From the NCBI RefSeq assembly GCF_000143415.4, contig NW_003314403.1:308311-327661 (forward strand): 19,351 nt of DNA, in the 5' to 3' direction. Below the pieces are notes generated by a model that worked only from the letters and a program-made list of their open reading frames with translations, was not told where the DNA came from and made no database searches. Made by a program: the position numbers and the translations under genes. This DNA comes from Selaginella moellendorffii. Lineage: Eukaryota; Plantae; Lycopodiophyta. This document shows, piece by piece, positions 1-10,316 of this stretch (within the stretch, counting starts at the first letter, position 1; every line of letters starts with the position of its first letter).

Positions 1-3000
1 TGGTCCTGCATAGATAACTATGGCCTCCACGATTTCACTCAGCAAGAGCTTCACAATTCACAAGTCATTCCCTCAGAAGTTGCAAATATATGTGGTCTTA
101 CGTACCTCATCAAACATTTCGAAGATATCAATACTCGGTTGATGTATGGTACAGACAACGGTTCGGCCGGTTTTGACAGTGTTTCTGACGGCGCGCATGA
201 CCACCGCCGCAGCTCTTGCATCCAATCCCGATGTTGGTTCATCCATAAAAATGATGGACGGATTCGCAACAAGCTCCACTGCAATTGTCAGCCGCTTCCT
301 CTGCTCGGTGGAAAGCCCGTTGACCCCAGGAAGGCCAACAAGACCATTCTGGACGGGAGTGAGCTCCACAAGATTTAAGACTTCTTGAACAAACATCTGC
401 AGTTAATCCAGCCACCATTACGAGAATGAAAAGAACAATAAGACCACGCAAAAATTACCTTTCTGGTTCTGCTGTCAATCTCTTGAGACAGACGAAGCCA
501 TGCCGAGTAAGTAACTGATTCTCTTACTGTCACATATGGGGAGTGAATATCATTTTGCTCGCAGTATCCAGAGATTCGAGCAAACGTCTCTTGCTTTTTG
601 GGAAACCCGGAGATATTGATGCTTCCCTCGATGTAACCACCTGTCTTTCTGCCTGCAAGGACGTCCATCAACGTTGTCTTTCCAGCACCACTCACGCCAA
701 CGAGTGCCGTAAGAACTCCTGGTCGGAAGGCTCCAGTAATGTCTTGTAGCAGCTGCAGCTTGTCGTCAGACACTCCTTGCTTCTTCATTTCCTGTTTTGC
801 AATCCAGAATATGCGTCAAAACAAAAGGAAAATTCTTAAATGCACTCATACCAAAGGCATGTCAACGTAATAGTTGACATGGGAGAAAGAAATTGACAGG
901 GGAGGAAACGGCAGCACCATCCCTGTTTTAGTTGCCAATGCCATTTCCATCCCTTCCACTGCTCACAGGTAAAGTGTCAACGAAAAGAAGAACAATGGAA
1001 AATCGTACCGCTATCCCAGGTTTTACTGGCCTCGGAGAACTGAAATGTCTTTGTCTTTAGTCTTTTCTTCCGAAATAGCTCCCNNNNNNNNNNNNNNNNN
1101 NNNNNNNNNNNNNNNNNNNNNNNNNNNNNNNNNNNNNNNNNNNNNNNNNNNNNNNNNNNNNNNNNNNNNNNNNNNNNNNNNNNATTTAAGGAAAGCAACT
1201 CCAACAGTATCTGAAGAATTAGAAGGCTACAACGAAAGTTTTGGTGAGCAACACAACAAACAGCAGCAAAGAAACATGTACTCTTTGCCAGCGATGGGCA
1301 AGAAACTCGTTGGCAGAGAGTGCATTCTGCGCATAAGACAGCGGTGTACTCCAGTAACCCCAAGTTAGCCAATTTGGAATGTTCTCTGCACAAAAATTCT
1401 TGCTGAGCGAGAAGGAAAAGCGACCAACAATGTTTACCTCTGGACAAGATAAAGCCTCCTAGTGCGCACATAAGCAGGAACTGGAAAGAGCCTAGAGTGT
1501 TTGCCACAACTATAGTTCGAGACAGTGCGCCAACCATGCGAAACAATCCCAGCGACATAATATGGAGACAAATGAAGAGGAGGAACTGCTTGAAAAACCT
1601 GCAATAGCCGTGTAGGCAAATCAACCATCAGGTAAAGAAAACAGTTACCTGCTAGCCTCTGGTGCAAAGCCTATAACATAGTAAGTGATGACGGTCCATA
1701 TTGCAGAGTCCATAACAGACACCGGGATTTTCAAAAGTATGACTGGCAGTGCATACGCCCAAGCAGGATAGAACAAGAGGTCTCTCTGCTTGTAGAAAAC
1801 TGGAAGATAGACGACGGTCATGGCCATTTCAGCCATCCCATTGAAGGCTACGTTGAGCAGGCCATAAAACAAAGCACCAAGGTACTTGTTTCCATCCCCG
1901 ACGGTTTCATGATGCATTTCGGTACGCAAAAAGACTGTCATCCCGATGACTGAAACAATGCTAATCTGGAAAAGAGATAAGAATGTTGAATATTGGGAGA
2001 TAAAAAGCAAAAAAAAAAAAAAAACAATAGTTGTTACCTGTATAGCCTTGAAAATGAAGAGGAACGAGTTTCTTCTCATCAACAGCCATTCTCTGGCAAG
2101 GCATGCCTGAAACAGTTCCCAGTTTGTTAATGAGAATTTCTCGGTAACCAGAGCCGCGGGATGGCTGGTTGACTTGTCAAACGGTCGTGATAACTCCGAT
2201 ACAAGTTGCTGACCCACGCTAAATTTTTTAAACGCTTCAACGAAGTCCTCCACGGAGACGTATGAATATGGCTCATCCAATGCCCAGTATTGACTTTGAT
2301 CTTTTCTCGAAGTCACCTGATGCATGAACTAGTGAGTAGAGCTTAAAACCAAGTCTAAAGTCAGACCTCTTGTAGGAAATCAGCGACGCCTTTTCTTTCT
2401 GGACATCGGAATCCCTGAGCCTCGAAGAATTCAAGAACATTAGTACGAGGTCCTTGGTATACGATTTGGCCCTCGGACAAGAGAATAACGTCGTCAAACA
2501 GATCATATGTTTCAGGCGCCGGCTGCAGTAATGAGATGACCATAGTGCCACTCGTTGCATGAACGGATTGCTTGAGACACTTGACAATCTGATAAGTTGT
2601 TGAGCTGTCCAGACCAGTAGAAATCTCGTCCATGAAAAATGCTTTTACGGGCCCAACAAGCATCTCCCCTGGGCACAATTATAACCTTTGCTATTAAGAA
2701 AACTAAACAAGAAGATAAAGTACCTGTAGTGACTCTTTTCTTCTGACCTCCGGAAATTCCTCTCAACATGTCATTCCCCACAAAGATGTCTCCGCAAATG
2801 TCGAGACCCAGAATCTATAAGTTGATACAATTTGAGAACATTCTCAACAAAAAAACAAGAGTACCTTGAGAACATAGTCGGAAACTATACTTGTTCTTTG
2901 GCCTTGAATGGCTGAGGCCTGCAAATGCCAGCACAAATCCAGGTCAGGATCACGAGCAGAACATCACATACTTTCATAAACGCATCGATATCTGGATCTG

Positions 3001-4091
3001 GCTTGATTCCTGCTGCTCTCTCACGCTTGGCCAGTTCAGATAACATTTCTGCGTTGCAGGCAAGAGAAGTTGGAGTTTGTAGAGCAAGTAACAACAACAT
3101 ACAGACCGTATGAAGAGCCAACACCTTGGCAGCGCGATGAGAAGTCAAATGTCTCCCGTACTGTCAGTTCGCCAAGGTGTACGTCATTTTGACTTGTGTA
3201 TGAAGCAGTTCTTTGAGGCACAAACTCGTGTAATTCATGACCATTGTAGGTAACACTTCCAGTTACCTGCAAATTCTAAAGTTTAGGCAGTGCAACGGTC
3301 CATTTCAGTCTGACCTTCAAGTCATCGCTGAGCTTCCCAGAAAGAGCGAGAAGAAATGTGGTTCTTCCAGATCCGGGAGGTCCAAGGAGCAGTGTTATCC
3401 TGGAAAAGCTTCCCGATTTACGCAAGGAAAGAGATGGACATGAAACCGACCTCGATGGTTTTATTATCCCGCTAATGTTGTTTAGGACGGTAAGGGATCT
3501 TTTCCTGGTGGGAACAAGGCGCACCATGTCCAGTATGCTCTGGAGCATGCAGATTTGAGAAACATCGGACACAGGCAGATGAGTTAAAACCTCTATCCAG
3601 TTGAGTGTTGTGTTCCATAGCGTTGGCAAAGCCCTGCTTCCAACGTGAACGCGTGCAACGACATGAAGGTGTTTGAAACGAACTTCAATCTCAGGGAGTT
3701 TTAAGCCGACCCTGGACAAGAGTAGGAGATCTTAGTTTGAAAAGTCAAGCAAAAACAGGAGCGAGAGATACCTGTCAATCCTATCCCGTAACTTGGACAA
3801 GAACAGCTCGTTGTCTTCTTCGCCAATCCCAATTATCGTCTGCACAATCCTCTGCTTGTGCTCAACACCGAGCTTTGAAAGATCGACCTGTTCAAGCCTG
3901 CTACCAGACACATCTTTGAGAATTGAAGTTCTCAACCGGTTGTACGTAGGCAGCTTCTCAAGTGCGGCCCACAGCAGTGCTTCCTCCTCATTTAGTTGCC
4001 TCTCACGAGTCGACGACCGTGAGAAGACAGTGCCTTCTCTCCGGGAGCTCCTCGTGAGCGGGTTGTTCCAGAGAGGATTGTCCGTTGACAT
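1..4091 (-). CDS. Pleiotropic drug resistance (PDR / full-size ABCG) transporter, multi-exon, continues past the window start
   Basis: ATG at 4091. Spliced ORF pieces show [18 protein letters not shown]1 ([68 protein letters not shown]), TMD1 ([18 protein letters not shown]) and NBD2 ([51 protein letters not shown]). GT-AG introns, e.g. 3771-3712. N gap at 1084-1183. Confidence 0.96.
1084..1183. other. Assembly gap (100 N) inside the PDR gene
   Basis: Run of N. The flanks suggest the end of TMD1 is missing, so the true gap is probably longer than 100 bp. Confidence 0.99.
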
Positions 4092-4462
4092 TTGTGGTTA
4101 GGAAACGAGATCCAGAATTATCTATCGTCCCTGGATCAAGAAACACTTCACACAGATTTGAATCACCCAAAGAGTACCTCTTGACAGTGGGAGTGCATTA
4201 TGTTCCTCCGGAGTCACCGATGGTTCTTTCGAACTATAGGACAAGAGAGCCAACCAGTCTCGTCGCCGCCGCAGTATGGAAATCAAAATCCTGCTTGTCG
4301 TTTCCGGCCGACTGACTGACTAGCTACAATGCGGCAGCGGGGGGGTCAAGTCTTTGGTAGAGAACGAAAAGAATGAAATAAGAAGAACAGATAAAAAACA
4401 CGAAGTTCGCGAGACCAGCAAGCAGTGTAAACAAACAAACAAACAAACCTGTCTGCTCGAAG

Positions 4463-5136
4463 TCAAGGGCCGGCGCCGTGGGCCTTGTATGGAAGCTCGC
4501 ATGCCGGTTCGTGGCCTTTGGATTTATGGACACCATTTCCAAGCGTCTCGGACACACTCTTACACCGGCACTGGAGCCCGGGACGTATCACGTTTCCATA
4601 CACCGCCATCTCCACCAGGTCCAGCTCTCGCGCTGCCAAAACAAACAAGATATGCTGTGTGTATAGATTCACTGCGGAAGCTCAAGAGAAGGAAGAACAC
4701 CAACCTGTGAACTTGAGATCACAAGAGTACTGCTGGAGTAGATGTTCGTCAGCGTCTTTGTTGCTCTTCAAGCGATTGACACGCGACTGCAAAATCTGGC
4801 AGTTGCTCACATCGGTCTCTCCTCCTGTATCCAAAAATTCACGCACAAAATTACAATGTGGCTGCGAGTGAGGAAGAGGAAGCGAAGGATCGAGAAGGAA
4901 CCTTTGGAGAAGGGGCGAATGTGATCAAACTCGTAGCACATACAGCCCTCGCATCCAATGAACTTGCGGCACACCACATTTCCAGCTCCATCCTTGCGCC
5001 ATCGCTCCGGATGCCGCCCGGGAACCACCTCCGCCTTCTGCCAGCACTGGCGGCGCATCTTCTCGTCGAAAAGCCGCAGCTTCCGCGCGGCATTGTCCGG
5101 CAGAGGCGACGAGGAGGACGAGGTTGCCTCCTCCAT
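4463..5136 (-). CDS. Plant HNH endonuclease-domain protein (3 exons: 5136-4902, 4824-4705, 4632-4463)
   Basis: Spliced product reads ...CWQKAEVVPGRHPERWRKDGAGNVVCRKFIGCEGCMCYEFDHIRPFSKG|GETDVSNCQILQSRVNRLKS...CDLKFT|ARELDLVEMAVYGNVIRPGLQCRC...*. GT-AG introns have compatible phases. Matches the conserved small plant HNH family. Confidence 0.9.
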
Positions 5137-5197
5137 CAAAATAAAACACTCTCAAGAACCCTAAAATCAATGTCTCTTTCATTTAGGTGGAGAATCG

Positions 5198-5339
5198 AGT
5201 CTGTGGCGCATTCATTCCCAGCCGGAGCTTCTCCGGATCGTACTCCACCCACAGATTTTGCTGCCGATGATGTTGCGCCGCGTCTGGAACGCCAGGCACA
5301 GTGTCGTGTGCTCCTCGCTGCTGCTCGAATTAGGCGCAT
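5198..5339 (-). pseudogene. Aspartic protease remnant: start codon region fused to a degraded C-terminus
   Basis: gcattgtttgct (as at 9883-9894) is joined almost directly to SSSEEHTTLCLAFQ...NII...QNLWVEYD...CATD-like sequence (as at 8356-8517). About 1.36 kb is deleted internally, plus several small deletions. Confidence 0.88.
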
Positions 5340-5633
5340 TGTTTGCTTTGTCTTCTATCTTCGTGGCAAGAAGCAACTTAAGTTGGAAGCCATGCTTAAC
5401 ATCTGAGATTGACACGATTACAAGGTGGAAGATTCTACTTCCTTGGTGCAAGCGTAAGAAATCCAGGACTCGCCAGGAAAAGATGGTGATATCTCTCATA
5501 AGGTACTTGTGATCTTTCACATTCTACTTGTGGTTTTTGTGATAAAATGGAAGCAACTCGTCACAAGGAAAAGGCAAGCTCTCTTTCTTTGCTCTAACTT
5601 GTGCATACTTCGTTTCGATCGAGCAGCAAGATC

Positions 5634-6047
5634 ATGGGCGTCAAGAAGGATGTTTTGATCATCTGTACGATGGTGGTGGCGATGGTAGCAGCAGGAGCGC
5701 AGGGCGTGAAGCTACTCTCGGGGCTGTGCAGCGACGAGTCCATCCCAGAGGGGAGCACTTACTGGAACAGCCTCAATGCGACGCTGGCGGATCTCGTCCA
5801 GAGCACTCCCACCGCCGCCAACATGACTTACAGCACCAACAAGGGAGTCGAGGGCGACGTCCCCGCCTACGGCCAGGCGCAGTGCCTCCGCAACGCCACC
5901 ACCAACGTCCTCCCAAGCCAGGACTCGTGCAGAGGCTGCATCGACGACATCATCGCCAAGGCGTGGCTGGACTGTGTCGACGCCATCGCTGTGGATGTCA
6001 AGCTCAACGACGATTGCACGCTGCGCTACCAGGACTCTCCATTGTGA
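5634..6047 (+). CDS. Secreted single-domain DUF26 / ginkbilobin-2-like cysteine-rich protein
   Basis: Signal peptide (MGVKKDVLIICTMVVAMVAAGAQG), C..YWNSLNATLADL, AYGQAQC...C-x2-C, C...C-x-LRY. Intronless, 137 aa. Confidence 0.88.
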   Translation: MGVKKDVLIICTMVVAMVAAGAQGVKLLSGLCSDESIPEGSTYWNSLNATLADLVQSTPTAANMTYSTNKGVEGDVPAYGQAQCLRNATTNVLPSQDSCRGCIDDIIAKAWLDCVDAIAVDVKLNDDCTLRYQDSPL

Positions 6048-6608
6048 TCCAGGGAGAAAGAGATCTTCCATAAAAGTCTGCAGCTATATTATACTTAGCA
6101 AGTTCGCAGAAGCAAAAGCGCAGATCCTCGCTACTTACGTCGTGTGTTCACTTATAAGTTAGAGTTTCTTGCGTTGCTCGTGTAGTACCACTTCCACCAC
6201 ACGGGGATTTGCTGCACAGTTAACACGTTAGATGGAACCCCCGAGAAGAGGTTTCACATGATAGAAGAATGATGAGATAATGGCGCAGCGAAATAAAACA
6301 AGAAGCACCACGAAACGCCGGCGACGTTCTTGAGTATCCCTGCAATGCAAGTTTGTTATGGTATGAAGTAAGCAGGGAAATCGTGTACCTTTTGGAACCG
6401 GCAGTGAAGCGAAGGTGCCGAACAAGCTGATACGGAGGATTTCTCCAGCATTACCAGTACAGGCATGCTTTGCACTTGAGAGAATGTTGACGTGAAGTGC
6501 CAAGTCCTTAGAACCAGGACAGTGGAAGTCCATCTCCGGAGTCGACGATAGACTATGGACCAGCCAGTCTTGGTGTAATCGCGCTTGTCGTCTCCAAGTG
6601 ACCGACTT

Positions 6609-6672
6609 CAAGTCTTTGGTATAGAACAGAAAAAATGAAGCAAGTCTTTGGTATAGAACAGAGAAAATGAAG
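6609..6672 (+). repeat. 32-bp tandem duplication (2 units)
   Basis: caagtctttggtatagaacagaaaaaatgaag / caagtctttggtatagaacagagaaaatgaag. Single related copy in duplication copy 1, near 4348. Confidence 0.9.
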
Positions 6673-6923
6673 TAAGAACAGAAAAAGACCTGTGTGTCCA
6701 AAGTCAAGAGCTGGCGCCGTGGTCGAAGCTCGCATGCCGGTTCGTGGCCTTTGATCTCACCGAGCAAAGAAATCGGGGTACCATATGCAGAAGCTTGCCC
6801 AACCGTTCTCCACCCCGGCCTACAAAGAGAGGTTGGAGAACACACAAAGAGCAACGAGACTCACCTCTTGGATGATGGCAGCGCGCAAAAATCAAATTTT
6901 GCGAGTCGAAAGAGATTTGATCG

Positions 6924-7355
6924 TCATTCATGATTCAATGACTTACATCCACTCGGAGGCAAGATCCTCCCGTCAACCTGGCCATTCTGGACTCTCTGGC
7001 GAGCGAACGCTAATTCATTATCCAGGATGAGGCCTGATTTACCTCGATACTCTGGAGGATGCTCCATGCTACACAAGGGATCCGAATCATCAAATCCACA
7101 GCGCCCATAGCGAACCCACTTTGAGCAAATAGTGCCAAATACATTTCCACGGCTGTGCACTTCCCACAGCTCCTTGTTCTTCCTGTCAATCTCTTCCAAC
7201 TCCTCTTGAGATTTAACCCGTTTAGGCCTAGAATCCTTATATCCACGGATGCCATAAGGACCATACTCCACCTCTATCCAGTCAGGTTTCACGCCTGTCC
7301 TTGAGAATTCCATGACTACTTTAAGGAATTCCACCATCGCTTCCACCTCCGCCAT
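6924..7355 (-). CDS. Hypothetical protein with a CCCH-like zinc finger (C-x8-C-x8-C-x3-H)
   Basis: ATG-started 143-aa ORF with protein-like composition and the motif CSKWVRYGRC-GFDDSDPLC-SMEH. Candidate upstream intron at 7419-7370 and possible donor after HPPEYR. Confidence 0.5.
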   Translation of the reverse strand: MAEVEAMVEFLKVVMEFSRTGVKPDWIEVEYGPYGIRGYKDSRPKRVKSQEELEEIDRKNKELWEVHSRGNVFGTICSKWVRYGRCGFDDSDPLCSMEHPPEYRGKSGLILDNELAFARQRVQNGQVDGRILPPSGCKSLNHE

Positions 7356-7415
7356 AGCTTTTCCCTGCCCTAGAAAACTACGGCTATTAAAAAGACAAGC
7401 AAAAAGGATAAGACT

Positions 7416-7691
7416 TTACCCGGTGATCATCCTAAACTTTCTCGTTCTCGCTGCAACCTCGTCGCCCAGAAAACTGGAAACTCTCGAGGCTGGCAACTCT
7501 TGAGCGTGAGATCTTTCGAGGTGTCCACAAAGCCCGCTGAGATACTCCAGCATCGGGCAAGCCGCGACACACTTGTAGCGCTGCAAAACTGGCAGCTTCG
7601 CAAAGAGGCTTTTAAAACTGTAGAAGTCTCCAGCCATCCGGAAGCTCTCGAGCTTGCGGAAGCACGAGAGCAACCACCACACGCAATTCAA
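7416..7691 (-). pseudogene. Possible degenerate leucine-rich-repeat (F-box/LRR-like) gene fragment
   Basis: Segments such as RKLESFRM, LFAKLPVLQ and VAACPMLEYL resemble LRR units. No intact model. Confidence 0.25.
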
Positions 7692-8353
7692 GGCTGCCCC
7701 ACACCTCGAAGTCTAGAACCGTAAGAGAGTCGGGCCACAAGAGCCAGTGGCCTGTAGCTTCGGATGTTTTGAGGCGAGCGAGACCTTGAGCTCCTTGAGG
7801 CAGCTGGGAGCCATCTTGCTGGTGTGGCGTCTTCTTTCTTCTCAAACTTCGGGATCGCGACTTACGGCACTGATGTACTGGAAACACCAAAACAAACAAG
7901 ATATCCTGTGTGTATAGTTTCACTGCGAAAGCTCGAGAGAAGGAAGAACACCAACCTGTGAACTTGAGATCGCAAGAGTTAGAGTACTGCTGGGGTAGAT
8001 GTTCGTCAGTTGCTCTTCAAGCGATTGACACGCGACTGCAAACTCTGGCAGTTGCTCACATCGGTCTCTCCTCCTGTATCCAAAAATTCACGCACACCAT
8101 TGCACTGTGACAAAGATCGAGAAGATCGAGAAGGAACCTTTGACGAAGGGAGCGAATGTGATCAGTAGCACATACAGCCCTCGCATCCAACATTTCCAGC
8201 TCCATCCTTGCGCCATCGCTCCGGGAACCACCTCCGCCTAGCTTCCGCGCGGTATTGTCTAGCAGCCGAGGATACCTCCTCCATCAAATTAAACACTCTC
8301 AACTCTCAAGAACCCTAAAATCACTGTCTCTTTCATTTAGGTAGAGAATCTAG

Positions 8354-9886
8354 TTAGTCTGTGGCGCATTGCGCTGGGGCGATCCCCAGGCGCAGCTTCT
8401 CCAGATCGTACTCCACCCACAGGTTTTGCTGCTGGTAGTTCCCGATGATGTTGAAGGGAATGTCGCCGCTCATCTGGAACGCCAGGCACAGTGTCGTCTG
8501 CTCCTCGCTGCTGCTCACGGGTATGAGAATGCTGTTCTTGGGGAGCACCACGTCCAGGCCGCCGCGGAAATGCAGCGTGATCGAGGGAAGGATCGTGGAT
8601 TCCAGCGCGGCGGTGCCGCTGGTGATGTTGTAGCAGGGAGTGAAGCCGGAGTTATCGTCCACTTTGGCCAGGTGAGACGTTCTCGCCAAGAACTCTCTCC
8701 TCATCGCTTGGAAGGCAGGCTTCTTGAGGTACGTAAACGCAGTCCCCGAGTCGATGATCGTTCCGCCGCTGCCAGTCACCTTGTCGATGTCGAAGTTTTT
8801 GTGTGACAGTGGCAACCGGCTCTCGTCCACGCTGATCCCGACCAGGCCAACGTAGTAGTAGTCCAAGGATGCGCTTGGAACCGCCGGGTTCTGGACGAGC
8901 GGCGTGTATCGGAGATACGGGGAGATGATATCCGACTCCCCGAAGAAGACGAGGCCGGAAGAGTTGAGGTGGGCGATCTTGTCCGGGAAGCAGTGAGAAA
9001 ACTTTCGAGCGTACCGCGAGCTTAGCTGCGACGGGAAGGAGATCGGCCTCCGGTCCATTCCCAGCAGCCCGGACGCTCCCGTCGGTAAGCCTTCTCGATC
9101 GATATCCGCGCAACCGAGGGTGATGTTGCTGAGCTTCACAGGTTCGCCATCTCCAAAGTTTGGGGTGTTGCCGGCGATGGTTTCCATGGCCAGCAAGCCC
9201 GAGCTCAAGCTTCCATCACCGTACTGGATAGAGAAGAGGCAAGTTCTTCCAGACGGGCTGCAAAATGGCTTGACACCTTGGTAGACGTTGGTGCAAGTGG
9301 AGGAGGCGCAGGGAAGCTTGAAGAAGGAGGAAGAGTGGCGGGGATTGAAAGGTGGCCGGAGAGCCGGCACGCAGTCTTTGCAAGGCACGCACTGGATCCA
9401 GGAGACGTCGCTGCCCGTGTCCATGATGAGAACAACTTCCACTGCTGGTGTCCCGAGTTGGAGTGGCACGTAGTACTCGAGCCCGGCTTGTCCCAGCGTC
9501 ACAACGGGGCTCGTGAACCCGGTCAAGGCGTTTTTTCCATGGTTACGATGGTGGTGATGGTGGTGGTGGTGGCGGTGGTGGTGGTGGTGGTGCTTACTTC
9601 GACGATGTTTTGCTACTCGAGCCTGCCGCGCTTGAACGTACTGGATGACATCTTTGAAGGCAGCATCACGGTGCGTGGGAGAAGACTCGGAATCAAGCTC
9701 TAGTGCAAGCTTCTCGTCTCTCAGCTTGGACCTGGGTGCATCCCTGTGAACGACACTGAAGCCGATGCTTGTGCTTCCATCGCTGGCCTCGAGCACGGAT
9801 CTGACGTCCAGAGAATGAGCAGCAGCAGCAGCAACAGTCGATCTGATGAGCACAAACAGCAGCAACAATGGTTTGGAAGGCTGCAT
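8354..9886 (-). CDS. Secreted A1-family aspartic protease (nepenthesin/CDR1-like atypical class), intronless, 510 aa
   Basis: Signal peptide, EYYVPLQLGTP, catalytic DTGS and DSGT, Cys-rich QCVPCKDC insert, YGDGS, GLLG, IIGNYQQQNLWVEYD. His-rich prosegment. Confidence 0.96.
   Translation of the reverse strand: MQPSKPLLLLFVLIRSTVAAAAAHSLDVRSVLEASDGSTSIGFSVVHRDAPRSKLRDEKLALELDSESSPTHRDAAFKDVIQYVQARQARVAKHRRSKHHHHHHRHHHHHHHHRNHGKNALTGFTSPVVTLGQAGLEYYVPLQLGTPAVEVVLIMDTGSDVSWIQCVPCKDCVPALRPPFNPRHSSSFFKLPCASSTCTNVYQGVKPFCSPSGRTCLFSIQYGDGSLSSGLLAMETIAGNTPNFGDGEPVKLSNITLGCADIDREGLPTGASGLLGMDRRPISFPSQLSSRYARKFSHCFPDKIAHLNSSGLVFFGESDIISPYLRYTPLVQNPAVPSASLDYYYVGLVGISVDESRLPLSHKNFDIDKVTGSGGTIIDSGTAFTYLKKPAFQAMRREFLARTSHLAKVDDNSGFTPCYNITSGTAALESTILPSITLHFRGGLDVVLPKNSILIPVSSSEEQTTLCLAFQMSGDIPFNIIGNYQQQNLWVEYDLEKLRLGIAPAQCATD
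9540..9592 (-). repeat. (CAC)n-rich tract encoding poly-His within the protease prosegment
   Basis: ggt/gat triplet run on the + strand, translating as HHHHHHRHHHHHHHRNH. Confidence 0.9.
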
Positions 9887-10316
9887 TGTTTGCTCTTCTC
9901 TGGAGGGAGCAAGCTCCTTTTATGGGCAACGTCCAGCCGATCCATCTGTGGAGTAACGTAAGAGGCCTGTTCTCGAGGGGTGGTGGCAAGAAGCAACTTA
10001 AGCTGGAAGCCGTTTTGGTTTATGCTTAACATCCGAGATTGACACAATCACAAGGTGGAAGATTCTACTTCCTTGTACAAGCCTCAAAAATCCAGGACAC
10101 CAGGAAATATGGAAGTTTCATCTATGATCTCTCTCATCAGGTACGTGTCAATATGATCTTCCACATTCTAACATTCCAACTGTGCTTTATTGTAGCTATG
10201 TGTGATCGGGCGGAAACGATTCATCACAAGGAAAAGGTAAGCTTGCTGTTGTTTTCTTTGTTACTCTAACTTGTGCTTGCTTTGTTTCCAGAGCTCTTCA
10301 ATCGAGCAGCACGATC

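Larger units (their letters stand above)
4183..6076. repeat. Segmental tandem duplication, copy 1 (HNH intact, aspartic protease deleted, DUF26 intact)
   Basis: Colinear matches to about 6518-10581, e.g. gacagtgg..ctccggagtc, caagtctttggta.agaac, ccaaaacaaacaagatat, gtggcaagaagcaacttaag, gaaagagatcttccataaaag. Boundaries approximate. Confidence 0.9.
6704..8284 (-). pseudogene. HNH endonuclease pseudogene, exon 3 interrupted by a roughly 1.1-kb insertion (about 6754-7860)
   Basis: 7887-8284 aligns to 4636-5136 with frameshifting deletions (5, 8, 11, 41 bp and others). 6704-6753 matches the exon 3 end (KGHEPACEL). Confidence 0.9.

Noticed and set aside
4428-4448. (AAAC)n microsatellite, and poly-A at about 2009-2023
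   Set aside because: Ordinary simple repeats in a 3' flank and an intron.
6228-6517. 208-aa minus-strand ORF (6228-6854) and a possible small spliced gene between the duplication copies
   Set aside because: The ORF is a patchwork crossing pseudogene and repeat sequence. A candidate intron exists but no frame gives a recognisable protein.
8369-9703. Long antisense or alternate-frame ORFs over the protease (and likewise over DUF26, HNH and lipase exon 1)
   Set aside because: Expected shadows of GC-rich coding sequence, with no independent motifs.
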